This document shows positions 53,664-64,000 of a DNA stretch of 64,000 nt, piece after piece. A program made the position numbers and the translations under genes. The stretch is taken from NCBI GenBank assembly GCA_963749075.1, contig CAVVLJ010000016.1:128001-192000 (forward strand). Direction: 5' to 3'. Within the stretch, counting starts at the first letter, position 1; the number at the start of each line of letters is the position of its first letter. The notes under the pieces are model-generated. The model saw nothing but the letters and a program-made list of their open reading frames with translations. It did no database searches and was not told the origin of the DNA. The DNA is from an uncultured Pseudomonadota bacterium. Its GTDB lineage: Bacteria; Pseudomonadota; Alphaproteobacteria; JACZXZ01.

Positions 53664-54728
53664 ATGATTCGACTGGTCATCGCCGAAGACTCGCCGACGC
53701 TCCGGGCGCTCCTCGTCCATCTCTTGAGCGCCGATCCGGAGATCCGCGTGGTCGCGGAAGCGAAGGACGGGCAGGAAGCCGTCGAGGCGGTCGCGCGGCT
53801 GAGGCCGGATGCGGTCACCATGGACGTTCACATGCCCGTGCTCGACGGCTTCGAGGCGACGCGGCGGATCATGGAGAGCTCGCCCGTTCCCATCGTCATC
53901 GTGAGCGGGACGCTGACCGATCAGGTCCAGGCGACCTTCCGCTCGCTCGAAGCCGGCGCCTTGGCCTTCGTGCCGCGGCCGGAAGGCCCCGGGCATCCCC
54001 TGCACGAAAAGACGGCGGAAGACCTGGTCCGCACGGTCAAGCTCATGTCGGAAGTCAAGGTGGTGCGGCGCTGGCGCAGGCGCGAGGCGGCGGCAGCCCG
54101 TCCGCCGCCCGCCCGGCGCGACCTCGTGCCCGCGCAGGCGGACGTGAAGGTGGTGGCGATCGGCGCCTCCACGGGCGGGCCGCTGGTGCTGCAGACCATC
54201 GTCTCGGCGCTGCCCAAGCGCTACCCGGTGCCCGTGCTGATCGTGCAGCACATAGCACCCGGCTTCGTCCAGGGCCTGGCCGACTGGCTCGGGGGCTGCG
54301 GCGCGCTTCCGGTGCGCGTTGCCGCGGCGGGCGAGAGAGCCGAGCCCGGACACATCTATCTGGCGCCCGACGGCTCCCACATGGGCGTGGCTGCCGACGG
54401 CCGCATCGCGCTCGGCAACTCCGTCGAGGAATACGGCATGTGCCCGGCGGTGGCGCATCTCTTCCGCTCCGTGGCGCTGGCATTCGGCGGCCGCGCGATC
54501 GGCGTGCTGCTCTCCGGCATGGGCAAGGACGGGGCGGCGGAGCTCAAGGCGATGAAGGAGCTCGGCGCCGTCACCATCGCCCAGGACAAGGAAAGTTCCG
54601 TCGTGCACGGCATGCCGGGGGCGGCGATTGCGCTCGACGGCGCCACCCATGTGCTGGCGCCGGACGAGATCGGAGATTTTCTCGCGGCTTTGCGGGTGCG
54701 CGGGAGTGCGGACCATGCGGCGTCTTGA
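53664..54728 (+). CDS. cheB: CheB methylesterase response regulator
   Basis: REC (MDVHMP), GASTGG, VQHI, GMGKDGA. Confidence 0.95.
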   Translation: MIRLVIAEDSPTLRALLVHLLSADPEIRVVAEAKDGQEAVEAVARLRPDAVTMDVHMPVLDGFEATRRIMESSPVPIVIVSGTLTDQVQATFRSLEAGALAFVPRPEGPGHPLHEKTAEDLVRTVKLMSEVKVVRRWRRREAAAARPPPARRDLVPAQADVKVVAIGASTGGPLVLQTIVSALPKRYPVPVLIVQHIAPGFVQGLADWLGGCGALPVRVAAAGERAEPGHIYLAPDGSHMGVAADGRIALGNSVEEYGMCPAVAHLFRSVALAFGGRAIGVLLSGMGKDGAAELKAMKELGAVTIAQDKESSVVHGMPGAAIALDGATHVLAPDEIGDFLAALRVRGSADHAAS

Positions 54729-54773
54729 CGGCCGGATAGGGCGCCGCGCGGCGGCGAGGCGGGGGCTTGGACC

Positions 54774-56471
54774 ATGCGTATCTTGATCGTCGAGGATTCC
54801 GAGACGCAGGCGCTGCGCATCGGCCTCTGCCTCGAGCAGGAGGGCCTCGAGGTGGTGCGCGCGTCGTCCGCCGAGGCGGCCCTCGAAGAGCTCAACCGCA
54901 TGCTGCCCGATCTCATGATCACCGACTACAACCTGCCCGGCATGCTCGGGGACGAGCTCTGCCGGCGGATCCGCATGAACGTGAATGCACGGGGCATGCC
55001 GATCCTGATGCTGACCGGCGAGGAGGACGAGCAGTTCGAGTCGCGAGCGCTCGACAGCGGCGCCGACGAGTACGTGCGCAAGTCCGAGAATCTCAACGTC
55101 CTGCTGCTGCGGGTTCAATCCCTCCTGCGCAAGTCCCGCGTCGGGCAGGTGGTGGACACGGGCGCTGCGCGCTTCGCCGCGGTCAAGATCCTGGCGGTCG
55201 AGGACAGCCCGACCTACCTCCAGTACATCGAATTGGAGCTCAAGGAGGCGGGATACCTCGTCGAGACGGCGTCCACGGCGGCCGAGGCGGTGGCACGGCT
55301 CGAGCAGGAGCCCTTCGACGGGGTGGTGCTCGACCTCGTGCTTCCCGACGCGGGCGGCACCGGCCTCTGCGAGCGCATCGACGCGCTGCGCAAGGGCGTC
55401 GAGGATCCCTTCGTCATGCTGGCGCTCACCGGCCTTGAGACGAAGGAAGACACGGCGGGCGCCCTCGCCGCCGGCGCCGACGACGTGGTCAGCAAGTCGC
55501 GCGACATGTCGCTGGTCAAGGCCCGGCTGCGCGCGCTCATGCGCAGGAAGCTGCTCTACGCGGAGAACCGGCGCATCGCCGGGGAGTTCCAGCGCAAGGA
55601 GCTCGAGGTGGTGCGCGCGCGTGCCGAGAAAAATGCCGCTGAGGTGCGCGCCGCCCTCGCCGGAGAGCTCGAGGCGCGCAACCGCGAGCTCGCGATCGCC
55701 TACCGCGAGCTGCAGCAGGCCCAGTCGCAGCTCGTGCAGTCCGCGAAGATGGCCTCCCTCGGCGCCCTCGTCGCAGGCGTCGCGCACGAGATCAACAATC
55801 CGCTCGCCTTCGTGGCAAGCCACCTCGGCACCGTGACGCGCGGCCTGGAAGGCCTCGCACCCGAGCTCGAGCCGCATCTCTCCGAGCAGGGCGGCCACAC
55901 CCTCCGCAAGCTGCGCCAGCGTCTCAAGGACATGCGCGTGGGCGTGGAGCGGGTCGAGGACCTTGTCGTCAAGCTGCGCACCTTCTCGCGGCTCGACGAG
56001 GGCGAGATCAAGGACGTCAACATCGAGGAGAGCATCGAGTCGGTGCTCACGCTTCTGCAGCACAAGCTCGCGAACCGCATCGAGGTGGAGAGGCAATTCG
56101 GCCGGATCAAGCGGATTTCCTGCTACGCGGGACCGCTCAACCAGGTCATCATGAACATCATCTCCAACGCGATCGACGCGATCGAGGGGGACGGCCGCAT
56201 CACGATCGCCACGAGCGATTCCGGCTCGACGTTCATCCTGTCGGTCGCCGACACCGGAAAGGGCATCCCCGCGGCGATCCGCGACCGCATTTTCGAGCCT
56301 TTCTTCACCACCAAGCCGGTCGGCGCGGGCACCGGGCTCGGGCTCTCCATCTCCTACGGCGTCATCCAAAAGCACGGCGGCACCCTCAACGTCGAGAGCG
56401 CGGAGGGCAAGGGCACGACTTTCGTCATCAAGATTCCCATCAGGCAAGAGCGCGTCGAGGACGGACACTGA
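54774..56471 (+). CDS. REC-REC-histidine kinase
   Basis: Two receivers (TDYNLP, LDLVLP), H-box [29 protein letters not shown]. Confidence 0.93.
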   Translation: MRILIVEDSETQALRIGLCLEQEGLEVVRASSAEAALEELNRMLPDLMITDYNLPGMLGDELCRRIRMNVNARGMPILMLTGEEDEQFESRALDSGADEYVRKSENLNVLLLRVQSLLRKSRVGQVVDTGAARFAAVKILAVEDSPTYLQYIELELKEAGYLVETASTAAEAVARLEQEPFDGVVLDLVLPDAGGTGLCERIDALRKGVEDPFVMLALTGLETKEDTAGALAAGADDVVSKSRDMSLVKARLRALMRRKLLYAENRRIAGEFQRKELEVVRARAEKNAAEVRAALAGELEARNRELAIAYRELQQAQSQLVQSAKMASLGALVAGVAHEINNPLAFVASHLGTVTRGLEGLAPELEPHLSEQGGHTLRKLRQRLKDMRVGVERVEDLVVKLRTFSRLDEGEIKDVNIEESIESVLTLLQHKLANRIEVERQFGRIKRISCYAGPLNQVIMNIISNAIDAIEGDGRITIATSDSGSTFILSVADTGKGIPAAIRDRIFEPFFTTKPVGAGTGLGLSISYGVIQKHGGTLNVESAEGKGTTFVIKIPIRQERVEDGH

Positions 56472-56534
56472 GATGCACGCGATCTTTACGATGCCCAGCT
56501 TAAGATATATCATTCGCATACGAGGAGAACGCCA

Positions 56535-59500
56535 GTGAACGGTCCGAACGGAAGCGTAGGGGTGCTTGCGCAGGCGGCGTCCGCGAGAGCGATCCTCGTG
56601 GTCGACGACGAGCCGCAGGTTCTCAACGCGATCGAGGACGAACTCGCCGATCAATACCGGGTTCTGCTCGAAACCTCGCCGCGGTCCGCCATCAAGCGCC
56701 TGGAGAACGAGAAGGATCTGACGGTCGTCATCTCCGACCAGCGCATGCCGGGAATGAACGGCCATGAATTCCTCGCGAAGGCGATGGAGATCAGCGACGC
56801 GACCCGCATCCTCATCACCGGCTATTCCGACATCGAGGCGGTGATCTCGGCGGTGAACAGAGGCCGCATCTTCGGCTACATCTCGAAGCCGTGGAGCGCG
56901 GATCATCTTCGGCTTCTCGTCATGAAGGCGAGCGAGCATTTCACGCTGCTGCAGGAATTGAGCGAGGAGAAGACGCTCCTCCACAACCTCATGGACAACG
57001 TGCCGGACGCCATCTTCTTCAAGGACCGCGAGCACCGCTTCCTGCGCGTCAACAAGGTGACTGCGGGGCTTCTCGGATTGAGCAATCCGAAGGACGCGGT
57101 CGGCAAGTCGCTCGACGCGTTCGTATCCGCGGAGCGCGTCGCCGAGATCCAGGCGGAGGAGCGGCGCATCATCGAGACCGGGGAGACCGTCGCGGACCGC
57201 GTCCACCGCATCGAGGACGCGTCGGGCCGGGCGGCCTGGTTTTCCGTGACGCGGGCGCCGATCCGCGACGAGAAGGGCCAGATCTCGAGCATCGTCGGCA
57301 TCCGGCGCGACATCACCGAGCGCATGGCCACGGAGGAGGCGCTGCATGACGCCCAGGAGCGCGGGCGTCTCATCGTCGAGGGGGCGCTCGATGCCTGCGT
57401 CGCGATCGGCGCGGACGGCCTGATCATCGATTGGAACAAGCAGGCCGAGATCACCTTCGGCTGGAGCCGTGCGGAGGCGCTCGGGCGCGACGTGGCGGAG
57501 ACGATCGTTCCGCCCCGCCACCGCGAGGCCCATGTGCGGGGCACCAAGGAGTTTGTCGCGACCGCGGCCGGGCGCATCTTGAACCGGCGCGTCGAGCTCT
57601 CGGGCCTCCATAAGGACGGACGGGAATTCCCCATCGAGATCGCCGTCGGCTCGATCCGCAGGAAGGACGGCTACTTCTTCAACGCCTTCATCCGGGACAT
57701 CAGCCGGCGCAAGGAGCAGGAGGAGCGCATCGCCCGCCTGACGCGGCTCTACGCGGTGCTGAGCGGCATCAATGCGCTCATCGTCCGCGTGCGGGACCGC
57801 CAGCAGCTCTTCGAGGAGGCTTGTCATATCGCGGTCGAGGACGGCCAGTTCGCCGCGGCATGGGTCGGACTCTACGATCCGGACGCGAAGAGCATCACGC
57901 CGGTCGCGAGCCACGGACCGATAAAGGCGCTTCTCGACGACAGGGTCTTCTCATTGAGCGAGAGCCAGGCACCCGAGGGAATGGGGACGCTGGGGCTGGC
58001 GATCCGCGACAAGAAGCTCACGGTGTGCAACGACATTGCTGCCTCCCCGAAGACGGGAATCGTGCGTAGCGGGGTCGTGGCGCTCGGCTATGGCTCGGTC
58101 GTCTCGCTGCCGCTCGTGGTCAATGAGGCGGTCGCGGCGGTTCTCATCCTCTATGCCCAGAGGGCGGATTTCTTCGACGAGGCCGAGATGAGGCTCCTCA
58201 GGGAGATGGCGGGGGACATCTCCTTCGCACTCGAGCATATCGCCAAGGAGGAGAGGCTCAACTATCTTGCGCTCTATGACGTGCTGACCGGGCTTCCCAA
58301 CCGCACGTTGTTCAGCGACCGCTTGGCCCAGCAGGTGCAGGCGGCCAAGCAGTCCGGCATGGACGTGGCCCTGCTGCTCGTCGACGTGGCGAGATTCCGG
58401 CACTTGAACGATGCCATGGGCCGCGATGCGGGCGACGTGCTGCTGAAGCTCGTGGCCGAGCGCCTGGCGCTCGCGGCGGTGGTGAAGGAAGGGGTAAGCC
58501 GCGTCGGCGCCGATCTCTTCGCCTTGGCGCTGCCCAGCGTCAAGGGCGTCGCCGAGGTCGCGCGCTTCGCGGAGGAGCATCTCCTTCCGCAACTCCTGCA
58601 AGCCTACGAGATACAGGGCGAGGAGGTGCGCGTCTCGGTGAAGCTCGGGATCGCCCTCTTCCCGCACGACGGCAACGACGCCGAGGTGCTCTTCGCCAAT
58701 GCCGAGACCGCCTTGGAGAAGGCCAAGCTCTCGGGAGAGCGCTACGTCTTCTATGCCGCGGAGATGAATGCCAAGGTCGCGGATGCGCTCAGGCTCGAGA
58801 CCAAGCTGCGCCGCGCCCTCGAGGCCCAGCAGTTCGTCCTCCATTATCAGCCGAAGGTCGAGATCAAGAACAACCGGATCACCGGTCTCGAGGCGCTCAT
58901 CCGCTGGAACGATCCGGAGTCGGGCCTGGTGCGGCCCGGCGAATTCATCCCCGTCCTGGAGGAGACCGGCTTGATCCTCGAGGTGGGCAAATGGGCGATC
59001 GAGCGCGTGGTGGCCGACTACGGGCGCTGGATCGAGCAGGGCTTCCTGCCGCCTCGCATCGCCGTCAACGCCTCGCCCATCCAGCTCAGGCGCGACGACT
59101 TCGTCGACACGGTGGCGCGGGCGCTCGCGGCCAACCCGAGCGTGGCCGACTTCCTCGATCTCGAGATCACGGAAAGCGTCATCATGCATGACGTCGAATC
59201 GCATATTCCGAAGCTGCGCGCGCTGCGGGACAAGGGAATCAAGATCGCCATCGACGACTTCGGCACCGGCTATTCCTCGCTCGCCTACATCGCCAAGCTG
59301 CCGGTGAACGAGCTGAAGATCGACCGCGCCTTCATCGTCGGCATGACGACCAACCCGGACGACATGACGATCGTGTCGACGATCATCTCGCTCGCGCACG
59401 CGCTCGAGCTCACGGTCATCGCGGAGGGTGTGGAGACCGACGAGCAGGCGAAGCTCTTGAGGCTGGTGAAATGCGACCAGATGCAGGGTTACTTCTTCAG

Positions 59501-59555
59501 CAAGCCGCGTCCGCTGGACGAGATCGAGGTCATGCTGGCGCGGAAGCGGGCGTAG
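56535..59555 (+). CDS. REC-PAS-PAS-GAF-GGDEF(degenerate)-EAL protein, likely c-di-GMP phosphodiesterase
   Basis: SDQRMP receiver, two PAS domains (RDITE, RDIS), GAF, GADLF in place of GGDEF, intact EALIRW, EITES, DDFGTGYSS, EGVET. Confidence 0.92.
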   Translation: MNGPNGSVGVLAQAASARAILVVDDEPQVLNAIEDELADQYRVLLETSPRSAIKRLENEKDLTVVISDQRMPGMNGHEFLAKAMEISDATRILITGYSDIEAVISAVNRGRIFGYISKPWSADHLRLLVMKASEHFTLLQELSEEKTLLHNLMDNVPDAIFFKDREHRFLRVNKVTAGLLGLSNPKDAVGKSLDAFVSAERVAEIQAEERRIIETGETVADRVHRIEDASGRAAWFSVTRAPIRDEKGQISSIVGIRRDITERMATEEALHDAQERGRLIVEGALDACVAIGADGLIIDWNKQAEITFGWSRAEALGRDVAETIVPPRHREAHVRGTKEFVATAAGRILNRRVELSGLHKDGREFPIEIAVGSIRRKDGYFFNAFIRDISRRKEQEERIARLTRLYAVLSGINALIVRVRDRQQLFEEACHIAVEDGQFAAAWVGLYDPDAKSITPVASHGPIKALLDDRVFSLSESQAPEGMGTLGLAIRDKKLTVCNDIAASPKTGIVRSGVVALGYGSVVSLPLVVNEAVAAVLILYAQRADFFDEAEMRLLREMAGDISFALEHIAKEERLNYLALYDVLTGLPNRTLFSDRLAQQVQAAKQSGMDVALLLVDVARFRHLNDAMGRDAGDVLLKLVAERLALAAVVKEGVSRVGADLFALALPSVKGVAEVARFAEEHLLPQLLQAYEIQGEEVRVSVKLGIALFPHDGNDAEVLFANAETALEKAKLSGERYVFYAAEMNAKVADALRLETKLRRALEAQQFVLHYQPKVEIKNNRITGLEALIRWNDPESGLVRPGEFIPVLEETGLILEVGKWAIERVVADYGRWIEQGFLPPRIAVNASPIQLRRDDFVDTVARALAANPSVADFLDLEITESVIMHDVESHIPKLRALRDKGIKIAIDDFGTGYSSLAYIAKLPVNELKIDRAFIVGMTTNPDDMTIVSTIISLAHALELTVIAEGVETDEQAKLLRLVKCDQMQGYFFSKPRPLDEIEVMLARKRA

Positions 59556-60500
59556 CGCCGGCGGCTCGGCGCGGCGCTGCGGCGACGGAGATGCCCTCTT
59601 GAACGCTCGCCGAGGCGGCGACGAGCCGGTCGCCCGGGACGGGGATGGCGGCGAGCTGCTTTCCCTCGAGGAAGAGGCCGAGCTGGAAGCCGCCGACCTT
59701 CGCCGGGTCGGAGATCCCCTCGATCGCAGAGATATTCTTGGGATAGACGCCGCTCGGCGGCGCGTTCTCCTCGGGATGCTTGGGGTCGATCCGGATGAGC
59801 GCGGCGTCGTGGGAGAGTGCGTTGACCATGTCGTCGTAATCGGCGCGCTCCGGCTTCATGCGGATCTCCACGGTCGAGAGGGGTCCGCCCTTGCCGCCAT
59901 AACTGATGGTGCCGACGAGGCCCTTGCGGTAATCCGCTTCGCCCTTGTCGCCGTCGAAGGCCGCCCAGCGCAGCACCTCGGGATGCGCGTTCGGCGCCTC
60001 CGCCCAGGCGGCGCTGCCGACGGCACCGGGACCGGTCGAGCGGAAGAGGGCGGCGCCGGTCTCGAGCAGCCGGACATGGTGGACGTTCGGCCCGGCGCAA
60101 CAGCCCGGCATGGTCGCCGCGAAGTAGGTCTCGTCGACCACCTTGCCCATGGCGCCCGGATCGGAGAAAGAGGCGAGCCGCTTCGGCTTGGCGCCGCTCA
60201 GGTCGTCGACGGTGACCGAGACGCTCGATTTCGCGTCAAAGCCCTCGCGGTGGTGCGCGCGCCCAAGGCGGTCGTGACCGTCGCCAGGCGGGTGCTGTGA
60301 TGAGGCTTGCCGCCCACCTCCTCGAAGGGTCCATAGGGCACGAACTGCACGTTCTCGGCGTGCCGTGCGATGTTGCCGCCCGGCAGAGTCTCGACTTTGA
60401 CCGAGGATGTGGCGGACATCTCGTGGGTCTCCGCGTTCGCGCGGACCCGCGTCATGGCCGCCGCGAGCGCCACGGCCGCGGCGATGCGGCGCGATGTCAT
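59530..60500 (-). pseudogene. Exported hypothetical protein with an apparent -1 frameshift near 60250
   Basis: The signal-peptide-like frame MTSRRIAAAVALAAA...ANA (60500-60198) continues as EGFDAKSSVSVTVDD...MPGCCAGP in the frame ending at 59530; SD GGAGGG. Confidence 0.6.
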
Positions 60501-60730
60501 GTTCGGCTGTCCCTCCAGCGCATGCGTTGCACGGATCGCTCGCTGGTCGCGCGATCCCCCCTCGCGGAATAGCGTGGAATGCCGCGGCCGCTGAGGCGTC
60601 TCGCGGCGCGCGCCGGCGCGGCGGCGGCACGGCGCGGCACCGGCAATTCGCCTTCCAATCCACGCGGGGATGCCTGATAAAGGCGCCTCACGGCGCCCGG
60701 CACGCGGGCGGGAGAGAGGGAACGAGCGCC

Positions 60731-62572
60731 ATGGCCCCGACGCTTGCGGAGACCGGCAAGGGCGCGCGCGTCGATGGTGGCGGAGCGCTCCTGTTCGACG
60801 CGCTGCCCGGCCTCGTCTTCGCCGGTGTCCTGTTGGCGGTGTTTCTCTTCTACATCGATACCGACGTGCTGCGCGGCGGGCTCATCGACACCGACAGCTA
60901 CATGCACGGCGTCCGCCTCCGCGACGTGCTGGCGCACGGCGGCTGGAATGGCGGCTTTCTCCTCCGCGACAACGCGCCATACGGCATGGTGCTGCACTGG
61001 AGCAAGGCCTACGACCTCATCGTCTTGGCGCTGGCCTGGCCCTTAGCTGCACTCGCGGGCTGGAACGCCGCCTTGGCCGCGGTCTTGCCGGCGATCGGCC
61101 CCCTCTCGATCGCCGCTCTCATCTTCGCGGCCCTCTGGGCCGTGCGGCCGCAGTCGGACGAGAACGAGCGGCGCTATCTCGGCGTGGCACTTGCGCTCAC
61201 CCCGCTCGTGGTCAATTACGGCCTGATCGGGGCGGCGACCTATCATGTGCTCATCCTCGCCGTCTGGGCGCTCTTCATGGGCTTCGTCCTGCGCGCCGCC
61301 CAACCGCCGCACCGGCTCTCCCACGGCATCGCCGCCGGTCTCACCGCGGCCTTTGCGCTCTGGCTCGCGGTCGAGTGCGTGCTGGCGCTTGCCCTCGGCA
61401 TGCTCGTCCTGGGTCTCGCCTGGATCCGCCACGGCCGCGACCTGCGCCGCACGAGCCTCGGGCTCGCCTTCACTCTGGCGATTGCCCTCGCCGCCCTCCT
61501 CGCCTTTGATCCGCCCTATGGCGGCTGGCGCGAGCCGTGGCTCGAGCGGCTCTCCATCGTCTATGTGGTCTTCGGCCTCCTCGTCGCCCTCCTCTCGGTC
61601 GTCATGGCGGCCGCACCCCAGACGCCTCGCGCCTGGCGCGCGCGTCTTGCCGTGGCCGCCGTCGGCACGCTTCTGTCGGCGGCGGCGCTCGCAACACTCT
61701 TCCCCGAGCTCCTTTCCCCGGACCGCGCGATCTTCGGCGCCGAGCTCTACGCGGAAGTCTGGAGCAAGATCAACGAGGGCAGGCCAGCCTTCGAAAACGC
61801 GAGCCGGGGCATCCTCCTAACGGGCGGACCCGCCATCGGCTTCGTCGCGGCGCTCGCCTTCGCATTGTCCCAGCGCGGGGCGCGTGCGGCCTGGAGCCTC
61901 GTCGCCGCGATGCTGGCGATCATGACGGTGCCGGGGCTTGTCCATGCACGCTTCTGCATCTATCCCGAGGTGCTGGCAGCCCTGCCGATCGCCGCCCTCC
62001 TTGCGCGGCCGGGTGCCGTGGCCGAGCGCGTGCTGCCGCGCCTCCTCCGCCCGCTCGGCCGCGCGTTCATGGCCAGCGTGATCCTCGTCGGACCGCCGCT
62101 CTCTTCGGGCATGCTGCTCATCGTGCGCGGGGTGGCGGCCGAGCCCCTCGTCGACTGCCGGGTGCGCCACGTCGCTTGGGCGCTCAACGATGTCGCGTTC
62201 ATGGGGGCGCGCAATCTCATCATCATGACCGAGTGGAGCGAGGCGCCGGCGACGCTCTACTGGACGAACCACAGGGTGGTGGCGGGGCCTTACCATCGCG
62301 ACGTCGAGGGCTTGCGCGACGCGGTGGCCTTCATGACGGGCAAGGACGACCGGCAGTCCCGCGCCATCCTGACGCGCCGCGGCGTCTCCTATGTCATGAT
62401 TTGCGGTCAGCCGCCGAAGAAGGGGGCGCCGGCCAAGGCCGGCGAGGCCGATCTCGAGGATCGCCTGGCGCGCGGCGAGGCGCCTTCGTGGCTGACCCCG
62501 GTCCCCTGGCCGATCGGGCTCGTGAGCGACCTGCGGCTTTTCCGCGTCGAGCCCCCGCCTGCACCGAATTGA
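60731..62572 (+). CDS. Polytopic membrane protein, GT-C glycosyltransferase-like
   Basis: DTDSYMH.VRL...GW...RDNAPYG..LHWSK.YD loop after TM1, many TM segments, C-terminal soluble HRVVAGPYHR domain. Confidence 0.6.
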   Translation: MAPTLAETGKGARVDGGGALLFDALPGLVFAGVLLAVFLFYIDTDVLRGGLIDTDSYMHGVRLRDVLAHGGWNGGFLLRDNAPYGMVLHWSKAYDLIVLALAWPLAALAGWNAALAAVLPAIGPLSIAALIFAALWAVRPQSDENERRYLGVALALTPLVVNYGLIGAATYHVLILAVWALFMGFVLRAAQPPHRLSHGIAAGLTAAFALWLAVECVLALALGMLVLGLAWIRHGRDLRRTSLGLAFTLAIALAALLAFDPPYGGWREPWLERLSIVYVVFGLLVALLSVVMAAAPQTPRAWRARLAVAAVGTLLSAAALATLFPELLSPDRAIFGAELYAEVWSKINEGRPAFENASRGILLTGGPAIGFVAALAFALSQRGARAAWSLVAAMLAIMTVPGLVHARFCIYPEVLAALPIAALLARPGAVAERVLPRLLRPLGRAFMASVILVGPPLSSGMLLIVRGVAAEPLVDCRVRHVAWALNDVAFMGARNLIIMTEWSEAPATLYWTNHRVVAGPYHRDVEGLRDAVAFMTGKDDRQSRAILTRRGVSYVMICGQPPKKGAPAKAGEADLEDRLARGEAPSWLTPVPWPIGLVSDLRLFRVEPPPAPN

Positions 62573-62626
62573 GATCGAGCGCGGCCGGAGGGCGGCGCCG
62601 ATAAGAGGCAGAAGCTTAGAGGACGC

Positions 62627-64000
62627 ATGGCGGAGGATCGCAACAGCGGAGCGGGAGGGCCGCCGAGGCTGGCTCTCGAGGGCATCACCAAGCGCTTCCC
62701 CGGCTGCCTCGCCAACGACCATATCGATCTCGCGGTAATGCCGGGCGAGCTCCATGCGCTTCTCGGGGAGAACGGCGCCGGCAAGAGCACGCTCGTCAAG
62801 ATCATCTACGGCGTCGTCCATGCCGACGAGGGGAGGCTGCTCTGGGAGGGTGCCCCCGTGCGGATCGCGAGCCCGGCCGAGGCGCGGCGGCTCGGCATCG
62901 GCATGGTGTTCCAGCAGTTCACCCTCTTCGAGCAGCTCACCGTCGCCGAGAACATCGCCCTCGGAACGTCGTACGGCGGCAACATGAAGACGCTGGCCGG
63001 GCGCGTCGCGGCCATTGCCGAGCACTACGGCCTGGCGCTCGAACCCCACCGGCACGTGCACGACCTCTCGGTCGGCGAGCGCCAGCGCGTCGAGATCGTG
63101 CGCTGCCTCATCGAGGCGCCGCGGCTTCTCATCATGGACGAGCCGACCTCGGTGCTGACGCCGCAGGAAAGCGAGCGCTTGTTCGCCACCTTGCGCCGCC
63201 TCGCCGCCGACGGCTGCAGCGTCCTCTACATCAGCCACAAGCTCGAGGAGGTGCGCGCGCTTTGCAGCCGTGCGACCGTTCTTCGCGGGGGCCGCGTGAC
63301 CGCCACTTGCGACCCGCGCGCCGAGAGTGCCGCCTCGCTCGCGCGCATGATGGTGGGAAGCGAGCTCGTCGCCTGCGCGCGCCCGGCAGCACACGCACTA
63401 GGAGCGGAGGCGCTCGCGGCGGACGGCTTGAGCGTGCCGGCCAACGATCCCTTCGGCACCGACCTCGCGGACGTGCGCCTCGAGGTGCGCGCCGGCGAGA
63501 TCCTCGGCATCGCAGGGGTGGCGGGGAACGGCCAGGCCGAGCTCCTGCGCCTCCTCGCGGGCGAGCGCTTCGCGCCGCGGGCAGGCGACATCCGCCTCGC
63601 CGGCGAGCCCGTGGGCCGCCTCGGCCCGGCCGAGCGGCGCCGGCGCGGCCTCGCCTTCGTGCCCGAGGACAAGCTCGGCCGCGGCGCCGTGCCGGGGATG
63701 ACGCTCGCCGAGAATGCGCTCCTGACCGACCGCTCGGGCGGCCTCGTGACGGTCGGCCTCATCCGCTTTGGCGCCGTGCATGCGCTTGCCGCTCGCATCG
63801 CCGCGCGCTTCGGCGTGGTTGCGGCGGGCATCGACGCCAATGCCGAGAGCCTCTCGGGCGGCAATCTCCAGAAGTTCATCGTCGGGCGCGAGATCCTGCA
63901 GCAGCCGAGGATGCTTATCGCCGCACACCCGAGCTGGGGCCTCGACGTGGGTGCGGCACTCGCCATCCACCGGGAGCTTGTGGCGCTGCGCGATGACGGC
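62627..64000 (+). CDS. CUT2-family (nucleoside/sugar) ABC transporter ATP-binding protein, truncated at the window end
   Basis: Manual translation: [57 protein letters not shown]. Confidence 0.92.
   Translation, partial: MAEDRNSGAGGPPRLALEGITKRFPGCLANDHIDLAVMPGELHALLGENGAGKSTLVKIIYGVVHADEGRLLWEGAPVRIASPAEARRLGIGMVFQQFTLFEQLTVAENIALGTSYGGNMKTLAGRVAAIAEHYGLALEPHRHVHDLSVGERQRVEIVRCLIEAPRLLIMDEPTSVLTPQESERLFATLRRLAADGCSVLYISHKLEEVRALCSRATVLRGGRVTATCDPRAESAASLARMMVGSELVACARPAAHALGAEALAADGLSVPANDPFGTDLADVRLEVRAGEILGIAGVAGNGQAELLRLLAGERFAPRAGDIRLAGEPVGRLGPAERRRRGLAFVPEDKLGRGAVPGMTLAENALLTDRSGGLVTVGLIRFGAVHALAARIAARFGVVAAGIDANAESLSGGNLQKFIVGREILQQPRMLIAAHPSWGLDVGAALAIHRELVALRDDG

Noticed and set aside
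50369-57914. Very long antisense ORFs (1150 aa at 50369-53821, 1439 aa at 53595-57914) and similar ones elsewhere
   Set aside because: They lie opposite well-supported genes and carry no recognisable motifs; this is the expected shadow of high-GC codon usage.

Overview
GC-rich alphaproteobacterial chromosome segment, Rhodospirillales-like by inference from the permuted two-piece tmRNA, alpha-type SspB, a RIME/CIR-like intergenic repeat and a LEU1-type leuA leader. About 5-33.7 kb is mostly core genome: fumC and a class I fumarase, sspB-ssrA-thyX, mrp, hflKC-DUF2065-degQ, serB, miaA-ilvBNC, yajQ, cinA-like, leuA, mreBCD-mrdA-rodA and tRNA-Lys. Two small insertions interrupt this block: two tiny basic ORFs (11.0-11.3 kb) and a three-gene papain-like protease / helical Pro-rich protein / HopA1-like cassette (22.4-24.8 kb). 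Accessory DNA follows tRNA-Lys: a nucleoside-phosphorylase-like plus cysteine-protease pair, a DUF389 pseudogene, ppk2-sulP, a PAS-GGDEF cyclase, an ABC-TMD-only gene, an HTH/PAS plus GNAT-like pair, a Wsp-like chemosensory operon with two nearly identical G-skewed MCP signalling domains that ends in a kinase and an EAL phosphodiesterase, a GT-C-like membrane protein and a truncated CUT2 ABC ATPase. Four accessory genes carry apparent single-base frameshifts. The best candidates for an undescribed system are the protease/HopA1 cassette, the phosphorylase/protease pair and the HTH-PAS/GNAT-like pair. All family calls are from motif recognition by eye; no searches were run.
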